DNA of 64,000 nucleotides from positions 177,896 to 241,895 of the forward strand of contig CAVPRW010000018.1 of the NCBI GenBank assembly GCA_963707985.1, written 5' to 3'. This DNA is from an uncultured Nitrospinota bacterium (GTDB lineage Bacteria > Tectomicrobia > Entotheonellia > J063 > CAVPRW01). Shown here in pieces: positions 34,024 to 44,542 of the stretch. Below the pieces are notes generated by a model. That model searched no databases, was not told where the DNA came from, and saw nothing but the letters and a program-made list of their open reading frames with translations. Position 1 is the first letter of the stretch, and every line of letters begins with the position of its first letter. Made by a program: the position numbers and the translations under genes.

Positions 34024-34635
34024 TTAATATTTCCGGATTAATCCAGCCACAACGCCCTTGACCTCGACCGCCGCCACGTCCACTTGTATTGGGGTCATCT
34101 GCGCATTGGCAGGCCGCAATTCCACGATCGGGCCACGTCGGTAAAAGCGCTTAATCGTTGCCTCGCCGTGCACAACAGCCACCACCGTGTCGCCATTGTT
34201 GGGGACAAGTTGTTGCTGCACAATGACGAGATCCCCCTCCCGAATGCCATCATCGATCATGGAATCACCCCGCACTTCCATGACGAAGTGCGTACCTGCA
34301 CGCAATAACATGGGCGGTACCAAAATCGGTTCGTGATGTTCGAAGACTTCGACGGGCTTACCGGCCATTACCCGACCGATCAGGGGGATTTCCAACAAAG
34401 GTTCGGTTGTGGGCTGCCGCACTAGGGTGATCCCACGGGCGACATTCGGCTGCCGGCGCAGATACCCCTTGCGCTCCAGAATGAGGACATAATCACGCGC
34501 ATTTTTTTCGGTCAGGTGCAACTCCTGAGCCAGCTCCTGGAACGTCGGCGGATATCCCCAGTCGCGAATCAACTGCGTGATACACGCCAACACCCGTGCC
34601 TGCTTTTCCGTCAGCTCCATAGCCATGTGGTCCAT
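34024..34635 (-). CDS. lexA: SOS repressor LexA
   Basis: N-terminal winged HTH (LTEKQ, GYPPT, LERKGY); Ala-Gly cleavage site in VMAGKP; catalytic Ser in GDSM and Lys in ATIKR. Confidence 0.95.
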   Translation of the reverse strand: MDHMAMELTEKQARVLACITQLIRDWGYPPTFQELAQELHLTEKNARDYVLILERKGYLRRQPNVARGITLVRQPTTEPLLEIPLIGRVMAGKPVEVFEHHEPILVPPMLLRAGTHFVMEVRGDSMIDDGIREGDLVIVQQQLVPNNGDTVVAVVHGEATIKRFYRRGPIVELRPANAQMTPIQVDVAAVEVKGVVAGLIRKY

Positions 34636-34685
34636 CGGATTCCCCTTATGGTCCATTTGATGGGGATGATCTCAAACCGGATGAA

Positions 34686-34714
34686 ATCATACCTTTGAAG
34701 AATTCACCTGTCAA
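34686..34714 (-). promoter_or_regulatory. Sigma-70 promoter of lexA
   Basis: TTGACA-N17-TATGAT on the minus strand. Confidence 0.8.
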
Positions 34715-35064
34715 GCGGAAAATCGCCGCGGGGTTTCAGGCACCGTCGGAAATGTTTGACCCCACTAAGACGCTGTAGCCGAACCGTCCGAAGGAAGAGC
34801 ACCGCGTCGATCGTCGTCGATCCGGGGAGACCTCTCATACATCCTATAACGGCGACTCGTACGGGATGTCCAGTATTAGTGGGGTCGGCTTCGTCGCTCA
34901 GAAGTATGTGTTCGAAACGTGGCTGGAGGGAGGAAGTCAAGCAAAGATGAGCGCTTAGAGTGAGCCTCACCGTCCCCTGCGCAGACGCACGGGAGTGGTG
35001 CGGCTAGATGTGGGCTATCCATGGGTGGAGTGCGGTTTCTTCTGCTGATGCCCCGGCCTTGAGG

Positions 35065-36607
35065 TTATCTCTCTTTCGGCTCCCATGTCCACGGCGGTGT
35101 GGTCCAACCCTGCAGGTCGTACTCGCCCATGCACTGGTCAGCGAGCTCCTTGAAACCGTCGAGGTGCCCTTTGACCCGCGCGAAATTCAGCACATCGAGG
35201 CGAATCTGTTCGTTGTTGCCGGAGTAGTTGCGCTCGTACAGTTCGTGCCGCGCCCCGAACTCCGTGCCGATGGCGTCCCAGATCAGTTTGAAGAGTTTAA
35301 TGCGCTGCTCGGCGGTGCTGTCCGAGCCCCGGTAATACTTGTCGATCAGCGGGCGCAAGTCGTCGTTGAGCATGTCCTTGTAACTCGACGGCGCCACCAG
35401 TGGGCTGCCGCCGAGATAGGTTTCGAACAGGCGATGGATCTCCGCCCAACATTCGTGTGAGAACAGACGCAGGGTCGCGGCGTTTTCGGTTTTCGGGATG
35501 ACGGAGGTGCCCGGCCCCGGCTGGGTGTCCATGCAGAGCGTGGTGGTGAGCGCCCAGATCAGGTTGCGCCAGCCGATCATCTCGCCGAGTGCCACCTGCA
35601 CGCCACGGAAGTCGTCTGTACCATTGGCGGCGATGCCCTTGGCGAACAGGCCTGACATGAAATCGAGCTTGACGCCGAGTCGTGTGCCGGATTGCAGGTT
35701 GTAGCGGCTGAAGAAGCCAGAGGCGCGGTAAAAGGCGTTAGCCTTCTCGACATCGCGGTAGATGAGGACGTTCTCCCAGGGGATGAAGGCATTATCGAGG
35801 AGCAACACGGCATCGTTTTCGTCGAAGCGGCTCGACAAGGGATGGTCGAATGGGCTCATGGCCTTATCCTCGTAGGAGGTGCGGCAGAGGAGTTTGGCGC
35901 CTTTCGTATCCATGTCCGCAATGAAGACCAGGGCGAAGGCTTCGGCCTTGTCTTTCTCGAGATTGACAGTGCTGTTCTGCGCCACGAACGTGGCGTGGGT
36001 GATCGCCGAGCCGGTCGCCAGCATCTTGGCACCGCTGACGATGATACCGTCGTCCTGCTCCTTGACGACGTGGACAAAGACGTCGGCCACCTCGTGAATC
36101 GGCTTCTTGCGGTCAACGGGTGGATTGACCAGGACGTGATTCAGGAAGAGCGCACGCGAGGCGAATTTCTTGTACCAAGTTCAGCGCATTGTCGCCAAAT
36201 GGCGCATAGAACTCTGGGTTAGCGCCAAGGCTGGCCATAAACGCGGCCTTATACTCCGGTGTGCGCCCCATGAAGCCGTAACTCAGCCGCGCCCAGGCGG
36301 CGATGGCATCCCGTGCTGCCAGCAGCTCATGTGACGATTGGCTGGGCGCGAAAAATCTGTGCGTACGGATGCCGTAATCGTCGATGGTGGTGAGCAGGTC
36401 ACGTTGCGCCGGATCATGTAACGTATCATACAGGCGCATGATGGAGCGGGCCGCGTTGCGAAAGGCTGGATGCGTCGTCACATCGTGCACGCGTTCGCCA
36501 TAAATGTAGACTTCGCGTGCATCGCGCAGACTTTCGAGATACTCCGCGCCGGTCATCAGGGCGTTGATCTCGGTGCCTGGGGTGGGACCTGCGATGGGTG
36601 TGGTCAT
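35065..36607 (-). CDS. 4-hydroxyphenylacetate 3-hydroxylase family flavin monooxygenase (HpaB/PvcC-like); frameshift near 36178
   Basis: TGAEYLESLRD, HPAFRN, GRTPEYK, SGAKMLATG, SSRFDEND, RHELYERNYSG. Confidence 0.9.
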
Positions 36608-36651
36608 CGTCGCTTTCTCCTGATGGACAGAGCCTCTCCCCTGTGCCTTGA

Positions 36652-37014
36652 TTAGGCGTCACGATGCACAGTGTGTGGCGAAAACGCCGGCACGCACACC
36701 GACACATATTCAGCCCCCTCCGGGGCCGGGGTACTATAACGCACCCATTCCCCTGCCGGCGCGTGCACGGCCTGACCCGCCCGCACCTCCAGGATGCCTG
36801 TTGGCGTTTCGACGCGGAGCATACCCGCAAGCACGAGCGTAAACTCGTCGAACGCCGGCGTTTGCCCCGGCTCCTCCCATCCGGGCGAACTGTGCATGCG
36901 CGCGATGCTGACCTGGTCCGTGTGTGTGTTCACCTGCCCGACGAACTCTTCGATACGTTTCGGCTTGGTCCCCACGGCCGCAATGACCGTTGGCTTCTCG
37001 ATCAGTCGTGCCAT
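36652..37014 (-). CDS. Cupin domain protein
   Basis: GWEEPGQTPAFDEFTLVLAG, GQAVHAPAGEWVRYSTP; AGGAG RBS. Confidence 0.85.
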   Translation of the reverse strand: MARLIEKPTVIAAVGTKPKRIEEFVGQVNTHTDQVSIARMHSSPGWEEPGQTPAFDEFTLVLAGMLRVETPTGILEVRAGQAVHAPAGEWVRYSTPAPEGAEYVSVCVPAFSPHTVHRDA

Positions 37015-37138
37015 ACGTCTCTCCTGATGCCCGATTGCGCGGCTGTTGTCTCGCCTATCTTCCCACCATTGGACTGCACCCTTGACCTTCCATCACAGAG
37101 CCAAGGGTGCGACCATAGGGATCGTTGCCAAACACCCC

Positions 37139-38410
37139 TCAAGAAGACTCGCGGCGCACGCCCAGCCCACGCCACACTGCCAGCAAACCGAAAAAGAAGA
37201 TGCCGGTATTAAAGAGGAAGGCACCGGGCAAGCTGACCGCTGCCAGCATGCCAGCCATGATGGGGCCCATGGCCGATCCAACCATTGCCCCACTATTCAG
37301 CGCACCAAAGGCACTCGAGCGCTGCTCAATTGGCACGACAGTCCCCCCCAAGCTATAGGCAAGCGTGAGAATGCTACCGGCAAAGAGTCCGACCACAACT
37401 CGAAGCAATCCAAGTTGCCATGCGGTATGACTGAACGCCATCAGAGCGGAGCCGCCGATACATGCCACCAGGGCCACCCAGAGTACCTGCGCATGGGTGA
37501 AGTGCGGCACCAAACGACTCGCGGTGTTCGCCGAGAGTGCCGCAGCCAGCGCTCCACCGGCTACGATGAAACCGGTGAACGATGCCACGGCGCCATCGTC
37601 ACGTAGAAGGAACGCCACAAACAAAGGGATGAGCGGCTGATAGCTGCGATCTGTGAAGGAGCCGACAAAAAGCACGATCAGGATCACGACAAACCCGGGG
37701 GTCTGGAGCAGAGTCCGCATACTGGCCTTCGGGCGCGTCAGCCGCTGCGGTGCGGACGACCGCGGCTCATGATACACCAGAAGCATGTTAAGCCCGGCAA
37801 GAACAGCTAGAACACTGGAACCGACGAAGGCTGCGCGAATGCCGAAGTGATCGGCGAGGAGTCCCCCCAAGGCAGGTCCAACCATCAGGCCTAGAATCTG
37901 CGTCGACTGCGTCATCGCAATGGCACGGGTGAGGTACTCCGGGGGCGCCGACAGGCTGGCGAGGGCGAGTGCGACAGCGGTAAACCCTCCCAATGTTCCC
38001 ATCAACAACCGCAGTAGACCAAGCTGCCACACGCTGGTCGACAGGGCGCACAACAGATTGATCAGAGCAAAGCCAAAGACTGTGCGGACGAGTAGTAGAC
38101 GCCCCCCGATCCGATCGGCCAGCCGGCCCCACAGGGGCGAAGCGATGGCAGCACTCGCCGGGCCCAGACCGATCAGCACTCCCGACCAGATGGCTACGGC
38201 TCGGGGGTCGGTTACCCCTAGTTCACGCACCAGCAACGGCAAGAAGGGTGACGAAAAATAGAAACCGACGAATGCAACAAAGAGGACGGCCAGGAGTGAG
38301 GCAAGATTGATCTGCCACACATAAACCGAGACCCCCCAAAGGGCCCGCTGTTCGGTCCAGTCCATAGGGAGCGGAGATGTCTGACTCATAGGGAAAGCCT
38401 GTCCGATCAT
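37139..38410 (-). CDS. MFS transporter (DHA1/MdtG-like)
   Basis: About 12 hydrophobic segments; motif A WGRLADRIGGR; GPALGG. Confidence 0.9.
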   Translation of the reverse strand: MIGQAFPMSQTSPLPMDWTEQRALWGVSVYVWQINLASLLAVLFVAFVGFYFSSPFLPLLVRELGVTDPRAVAIWSGVLIGLGPASAAIASPLWGRLADRIGGRLLLVRTVFGFALINLLCALSTSVWQLGLLRLLMGTLGGFTAVALALASLSAPPEYLTRAIAMTQSTQILGLMVGPALGGLLADHFGIRAAFVGSSVLAVLAGLNMLLVYHEPRSSAPQRLTRPKASMRTLLQTPGFVVILIVLFVGSFTDRSYQPLIPLFVAFLLRDDGAVASFTGFIVAGGALAAALSANTASRLVPHFTHAQVLWVALVACIGGSALMAFSHTAWQLGLLRVVVGLFAGSILTLAYSLGGTVVPIEQRSSAFGALNSGAMVGSAMGPIMAGMLAAVSLPGAFLFNTGIFFFGLLAVWRGLGVRRESS

Positions 38411-38626
38411 TGGCCCACAGATACAACACTAGAGACATTACCGAGCAGTATACTCCAAGTAGACCGAGCATAACCAATGCCAAAGGCAGAGGGGCGTACT
38501 GCGAGCTAGCTTTCTACATGCGGTACGGAAGTCAGAGACGCGACAGTCACGCATGAACCTGTAACCGACGATCGGGCCACAGATGCTCGCCCGTGCTCAC
38601 GCAGCAACAAGGTCACAACACATTGC

Positions 38627-39070
38627 GTGCTCGCCAACAGCCAGGGCGTTCTATTGGAGACGATGCTCGCCGGCATGGTGATCTATCCACTGGCGCAGGC
38701 CAAGGCGTTTCTCAGGCTGTATCGCGAGGTCAGCAGCCCCGCGCCGGACGCACTGGACTCCCTCGTGCGTCTGGACCGGGAAGCCACCGCCTACACCTCC
38801 CGCGAGGCCCCCTACAACTTCCTCATGGTGGGCATGTGGGGCGATCCGGTGCAGGACACCACCGCCATCCCTTGGGTCCGTGGTCTCTGGCAGGCGCTGC
38901 AGCCGTTCGCCTCGGGAAATATCTACGTCAACTATGCGTCCGACGTCGGGGTAGACCGTGTGCAGGCCGCCTACGGGGCCGCGACCTACGCGCGCTTGGT
39001 GGCCTTGAAAAACACCTATGACCCGACGCACGTGTTCCGGCTCAACGCCAACATCAAGCCGACCGTCTAA
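38627..39070 (+). pseudogene. C-terminal fragment of a BBE-type FAD-linked oxidase
   Basis: YVNY...AAYG...RLVALKNTYDPTHVFRLNANI; no FAD-binding N-terminal half upstream. Confidence 0.75.
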
Positions 39071-39360
39071 CCGCGCCACAGGGACTCCTTACCCGCAGAG
39101 AGATCTGTAGAGTTCGGTGCGGATGCATAGGGTTGAAGCATTAGCAGATGAATGTTGATGCGCGAGGGAACCACACTTCGCCGAACGGCTATTTCGAATG
39201 GCCCTTGGTGAAGAATAACGGCTTTTTCTTGGGTGTTATGCTACAGTAGCCCCACAAATACCGGCGATCCATGCGCGCGAGTCTGCAGTCGGGGATCGTG
39301 AGGGACTTCACAGCCTCTGACGATCTTTAAACCATGCTCTTCAGCTGAGAAGGACATACA

Positions 39361-40729
39361 ATGGCACTGTATGCTGTGAATCCCGCCACGGGTGAGACCA
39401 TCAAGACATACGACGAGATGACTCCAGCTGAGGTGGGCCAGGCCATTACCCACGCCCACACGACCTTTCTGGAGTGGAAGCAGACCACGTTTCCCGAACG
39501 CGCGCGCGTGATGCAGCGCGCCGCCCAGATTCTACGCGAGCAGGCCAACACGTACGCGGTGCTCATGGCGCAGGAAATGGGCAAGCCCATCCGGGATGGG
39601 CGGGCTGAAGCGGAGAAGTGCGCCTGGGTCTGCGAGTACTACGCGGAGCAGGCCGAAGCCTTCTTGCAGCCAGAGATCATCCCAACCGACGCCAGCAAGA
39701 GTTTTGTGACGTTTCAGCCTTCTGGGGTCGTGCTGGCCGTCATGCCCTGGAATTTTCCGTTCTGGCAGGTTTTTCGCTTTGCCGCTCCGGCGCTGATGGC
39801 GGGGAATACGGGGGTGTTAAAGCACGCCTCGAATGTGCCGGGCTGTGCCTTGGCCATTGAAGATGTCTTCCGGCGGGCGGGCTTTCCCGACCATGCCTTC
39901 CGCACACTGCTGATCGGCAGTAGACAAGTCGACGCGGTGATCGAACATCCGCTGGTGACCGGCGGTGACCCTGACGGGTAGCACGCCGGCGGGCAAAGCC
40001 GTGGCCCGCAAAGCTGGAGAGATGATTAAGAAGAGCGTGTTAGAGCTAGGCGGCAGCGATGCATATGTCGTCCTGGCCGATGCCGATCTCGAGGCAACTG
40101 TCAGCACGTGTGTCGCCAGCCGGCTGATCAACGCTGGGCAGAGCTGCATCGCGGCAAAACGCTTTGTGGTTGTTGAGTCCATACGCCCACAGTTTGAGGA
40201 CGCCTTTGTCGCACAGATGCGCCGGGCAAAAGTCGGTGACCCTCTCGATGAGCAGACACAGGTGGGACCACTGGCACGCCACGACCTGCGTGATGACTTG
40301 CACCATCAGGTGCAGGCGAGCCTGTCCAAGGGCGCGGTATGCCTGCTGGGTGGGGTGATTCCTGAGGGCGAAGGCGCCTACTATCCTCCTACCGTGCTCA
40401 CGCAGGTCACCAAGGGCATGCCCGCCTATGACGATGAGCTGTTTGGACCTGTGGCAGCGATTATCGCTGTCCCGGACGAGCAAGAAGCCATCCGTGTCGC
40501 CAACGATTCGGTGTTTGGCCTGGGCGCGGCAGTCTTCACCCGCGATGTAGCCAAAGGTGAGCATATCGCCGCGCACGCATTGGAGGCCGGCTGTTGTTTC
40601 GTGAATGCTTTTGTGAAATCCGATCCACGTTTGCCATTTGGCGGTATCAAAGAGAGTGGCTATGGGCGCGAACTCGCCGCCTACGGCATCAAGGAGTTCG
40701 TTAACATCAAGACGGTGTTCGTGCGATAA
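39361..40729 (+). CDS. NAD(P)-dependent succinate-semialdehyde dehydrogenase-like ALDH (frameshift near 39960)
   Basis: VMPWNFP, LKHA, LTGS, LELGGSD, NAGQSC, ELFGP, PFGGIKESGYGRE. Confidence 0.92.
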
Positions 40730-40847
40730 TACGCCTGGGCGTCTGGCCGTGGCAATATTTTCCCCCAACATCGATATCATGCGAGAGGGGATCGGATCGA
40801 GTTGAGAAAAGCCAAGCTCCGGTCAATCGAGATGGAAGGATAGACTC

Positions 40848-41282
40848 ATGCTGCATCAGTCGAAACTAGTGGGGGCGGTCATAGCCCTCATGATGGCCTG
40901 CTCACCTCTCCCATCAGCGCAGGCACAGAGCCAGCTGACCGCGGGCACTTCCTGGATCAACGAGCGAGGATCAGTTCTGACTATTGCAAATATTGGGTCC
41001 AACGGCTTGCTTTCTGGAACGTATGTGACGAGTGTCGGGTGCAGTGCTGGACAACCGCAACCTATGACAGGCTGGTATTACGGGGCAGAAAACGGCGGCG
41101 CGATCACGTTTTCGGTGGTATGGTTGGGCTGCAACTCCGTGACCTCCTGGTCGGGTCAGTTTAATAACCAAAGCGGGGGGTTTCAGACGCTTTGGTTGCT
41201 GACTGCCGCCGGTGCACCGGTCTGGAACGGGATTCACACAGGCACCGATACCTTCACGCCACGAAGCACATCGCCGAAATAA
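40848..41282 (+). CDS. Secreted avidin/streptavidin-family biotin-binding protein
   Basis: Signal peptide ending AQA; WINERGS, GTYVT, FSVVW, SVTSWSGQ, TLWLL, W...GTDTF. Confidence 0.9.
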   Translation: MLHQSKLVGAVIALMMACSPLPSAQAQSQLTAGTSWINERGSVLTIANIGSNGLLSGTYVTSVGCSAGQPQPMTGWYYGAENGGAITFSVVWLGCNSVTSWSGQFNNQSGGFQTLWLLTAAGAPVWNGIHTGTDTFTPRSTSPK

Positions 41283-41620
41283 GCGCTGGTGAGCCATGTA
41301 GGACTTATGGTACTGAAATGGCCCAAGCCCACCCGAGTGGGTCCCCTTGCACCTCGCCTGCTAGTCGCGACCTTCGCCTTCCTTACCTAGGCATAGATAA
41401 CCGACCCAAGGGCTCAACGGGCGGCGAGATTGAATTTGGTAGGTAGCAGCATGATCAGCGTTGCTAGAATGGAGCGATTTGCCGAGGGTAAGGGGGCGGA
41501 TCAGGGGGAAAACACCCATTTTTGTACATAGGCAATCCGATACTGTGTGCGGCAACGTATCCTCTCATAGGTGAAGAACGCATCTCAATCGACAACTCAC
41601 TCATGGAGAGGAGAAGGAAC

Positions 41621-42175
41621 GTGAAAAGACTATTGGCTTTGCTACTCCTTGGAGCCTCGCTGACCATCACCGTATCATCCGTGCTCGCGCAACAAACTGT
41701 GATGGTCGGTGGTGCGCCGATGTATCCGACCAAGGATATCATCGACAATGCCGTCAACTCACAGGACCACACCACGCTGGTGGCTGCCGTCAAAGCCGCC
41801 GGTTTGGTGGAGACCCTGAAAGGCTCCGGCCCGTTTACGGTGTTTGCACCGACCAATGACGCGTTCACCATGCTGCCCGCTGGCGCAGTTGACACGCTTC
41901 TTAAGCCTGAGAACAAGGCGGCGTTGGCCAAGGTTCTGACGTATCATGTCGTAGCAGGTAAGTTGAGTGCCAAAGCTATCGAGGAGATGATCACGGCAGG
42001 TCAAGGCAAAGCCACATTCAAGACCGTCAGCGGCGATACCCTAACCGCCACGAAACAAGGCAACGAGATCGTCCTGACAGACGCCAAAGGTGGCCGATCG
42101 CGTGTCACTGTGGCCAACGTGAATCAGTCGAATGGGGTGATTCACGTGGTTGACAGGGTCTTGCTGCCCAGCTAA
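41621..42175 (+). CDS. Secreted fasciclin (FAS1) domain protein
   Basis: Signal peptide; VGGAPMYP, GPFTVFAPTN, LTYHVV, SNGVIHVVDRVL. Confidence 0.93.
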   Translation: MKRLLALLLLGASLTITVSSVLAQQTVMVGGAPMYPTKDIIDNAVNSQDHTTLVAAVKAAGLVETLKGSGPFTVFAPTNDAFTMLPAGAVDTLLKPENKAALAKVLTYHVVAGKLSAKAIEEMITAGQGKATFKTVSGDTLTATKQGNEIVLTDAKGGRSRVTVANVNQSNGVIHVVDRVLLPS

Positions 42176-42248
42176 AGCGCTTGGATCCAAGATTGCCGCA
42201 GCGGAGGTGAGGCTCGCCTTGCAGTCCGAACCGCACCTCCAGCTGCTC

Positions 42249-43446
42249 CTACCGGCGTTCGAAAATCGCGGCCACCCCCTGACCACCGCCCACACACATG
42301 GTCTCCAGTCCGTAGCGCACGTCACGCCGCTGCATTTCATGCAGCAAGGTGGTCAGAATGCGTGCCCCCGTCGCTGCAATGGGATGGCCGAGGGAAATGC
42401 CCGAGCCGTTGACGTTCAGGTTGTCCCAATTGTCCAGCTTCCATTCCTTGAGCACGGCTAGCACCTGCGCGGCAAAGGCCTCATTCAGCTCGATGAGGTC
42501 GATGTCATCCCAGGTCAACCCTGAGCGTGCGAAAGCCTTCTCGACGGCGGGCACCGGCCCAATGCCCATATACGCCGGGTGCACGCCGGCCACAGCCCAG
42601 CCGCGCAGGAAGGCCATGGGCTTGAGGCCCAGCGCGTCTAGCTGATCGCCGGCCACGACCAAACACACCGAGGCCGCATCGTTTTGCGCACTGGCATTGC
42701 CCGCTGTGACGGTACCCCCAGACGTGATCGGGCGTAGCCGCGCCAAGCACCTCCAGGGAGGTGTCTTTGCGTGGCCCTTCGTCGGTCTGGAACTGGATAG
42801 GCTCACCCCGACGCTGGGGCACCAGGACGGGCACGATCTCCTCCGCAAACTTGCCGCTCTCCACCGCCGCTACCGCACGCTGGTGGCTACGTAGGGCATA
42901 GGCATCCTGCTCTTCGCGCGGGATATGATGGCGTTCGGCTAAATTCTCCGCCGTCTCGATCATGCCCGAAATGACGCCGAACCGCTCTTCGGGAGAAGCC
43001 GTGGCGCGGGCCCGCGTCAGACGGTCATGCAGGGTGACCGATCCCAAACGGCTGCCGCCCCGCATGTCCGTAGTATAAAACTCCACCCGACTCATGCTCT
43101 CCACCCCACCGGCCAGGACCACATCGGCATTGCCCGTCTGCACCATCATACACGCATTGAGAATCGACTGCAGGCCTGACGAGCAGCGGCGATCCAATTG
43201 ATACCCCGGGACTTCAATGGGTAACCCTGCCTTCAGCGCGCAGAGTCGCCCGATGGCTGGTTCTTCGCCGCTCGGATAGCCGTGTCCAAGGATGACCTCA
43301 TCGATTTTGTCGGGGTCCAGGCTGGTTCGCTCCAGCACCGCCTTGATGACCGTGGCCCCCAATTCCGCGGCAGGGATGTCTTTCAACCCACCCCCAAAAT
43401 TCCCCACAGCCGTCCGTACAGGGCTGACAATCGCGACCTCACGCAT
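42249..43446 (-). CDS. Acetyl-CoA C-acyltransferase (thiolase); frameshift near 42748
   Basis: DRRCSSGL, GGVESMS, TAGNAS, NEAFA, GHPIAATG, MCVGGGQG. Confidence 0.93.
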
Positions 43447-43677
43447 TATAGGTTCCTCCTCTTATCTGAAGGTGTCTGAGTTGACAACCGTCCGTCACTG
43501 CCATGTTGTTCCGAAAGAGACCTGATCCTCAGAACGATGTGCCATGAGTGGCGCAAGAAAGCAACCTTTTTTACTGGCTGCTCCGGTGGAAGGACGAACA
43601 GCGGGGCGAACTATCATGCGGGATCATCGTACAGGCGTGGGAGAACCTCGCCCTGACAGGCGATAATCTGGCATCGA

Positions 43678-44529
43678 CTAGTGCTCGAGCCAGCGCTGTG
43701 CTAACAGGCGCGATATCACCAGAACTGCGGCCGCCATCAGCACTAACAGCACGGCCAGCGCCAAGGCCGCCGAAAGATCGCTCTCCAGCGCAGCCATGAT
43801 CGCTAGGGACATGGTTTGCGTGCGACCAGCGAAGTTGCCGGCAAACATCAAAGTGGCACCGAACTCAGACACCGCCCGAGCCAGGCACAACACGAGACCG
43901 CTGCTCATGCCGGGGAGCGCCAGGGGCAGGGTTACGAACCAAAAGCCCGCGAGCGTCGAGGCCCCATCGATGGCGGCAGCTTCCTCAATTTCTGGCTCGA
44001 TCGCAGCGAAACCAAGCTTTGCGCCACGGATGTAGAAGGGGGCCGCGATAAAGACTTGGGCCAAGATCACGGCTGCCATGCTAAAGGGCAATTCAATCCC
44101 CAGGATTCCCAGGTGGGGCCCCAACACACCGCGGCGTCCGAAGGCCATCAGGAGCGCCACGCCCGCCGTCACCGGGGGCAGCACCAGCGGCAAATCGGTG
44201 ATCGTTTCGATGAGCCACTTGCCCGGGAAATGTCGACGGGCCAGGATATACGCCAGAGGGGTACCAGCGGCCACCGACACCAGCAGCGTCACAGTACTGG
44301 TGAGCAGGGTTACCCTCAGGGCTTCACACACCACTGGTTTCGTCATGCTAGGCCAGAAAGCTGGGTCGGTCACGGCACGCCAGATGAGCGCCACCAGAGG
44401 GATGACGATAAACATGATGAGCAGTGCCGCCGGCACAGCGCAGAACCGGCCCACTGCATCTCGCCGCGTCCGTGCTCGCCTGCGAGATTCCACTTTTTTC
44501 AGTGACCCTTCATGAAGGACCTGCTCCAT
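43678..44529 (-). CDS. modB: Molybdate/tungstate ABC transporter permease
   Basis: DLPLVLPPVTAGVALL, EEAA loop, ARAVSEFGATLMFAGN. Confidence 0.88.
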   Translation of the reverse strand: MEQVLHEGSLKKVESRRRARTRRDAVGRFCAVPAALLIMFIVIPLVALIWRAVTDPAFWPSMTKPVVCEALRVTLLTSTVTLLVSVAAGTPLAYILARRHFPGKWLIETITDLPLVLPPVTAGVALLMAFGRRGVLGPHLGILGIELPFSMAAVILAQVFIAAPFYIRGAKLGFAAIEPEIEEAAAIDGASTLAGFWFVTLPLALPGMSSGLVLCLARAVSEFGATLMFAGNFAGRTQTMSLAIMAALESDLSAALALAVLLVLMAAAVLVISRLLAQRWLEH

Positions 44530-44542
44530 CCAACTGCTCCGG

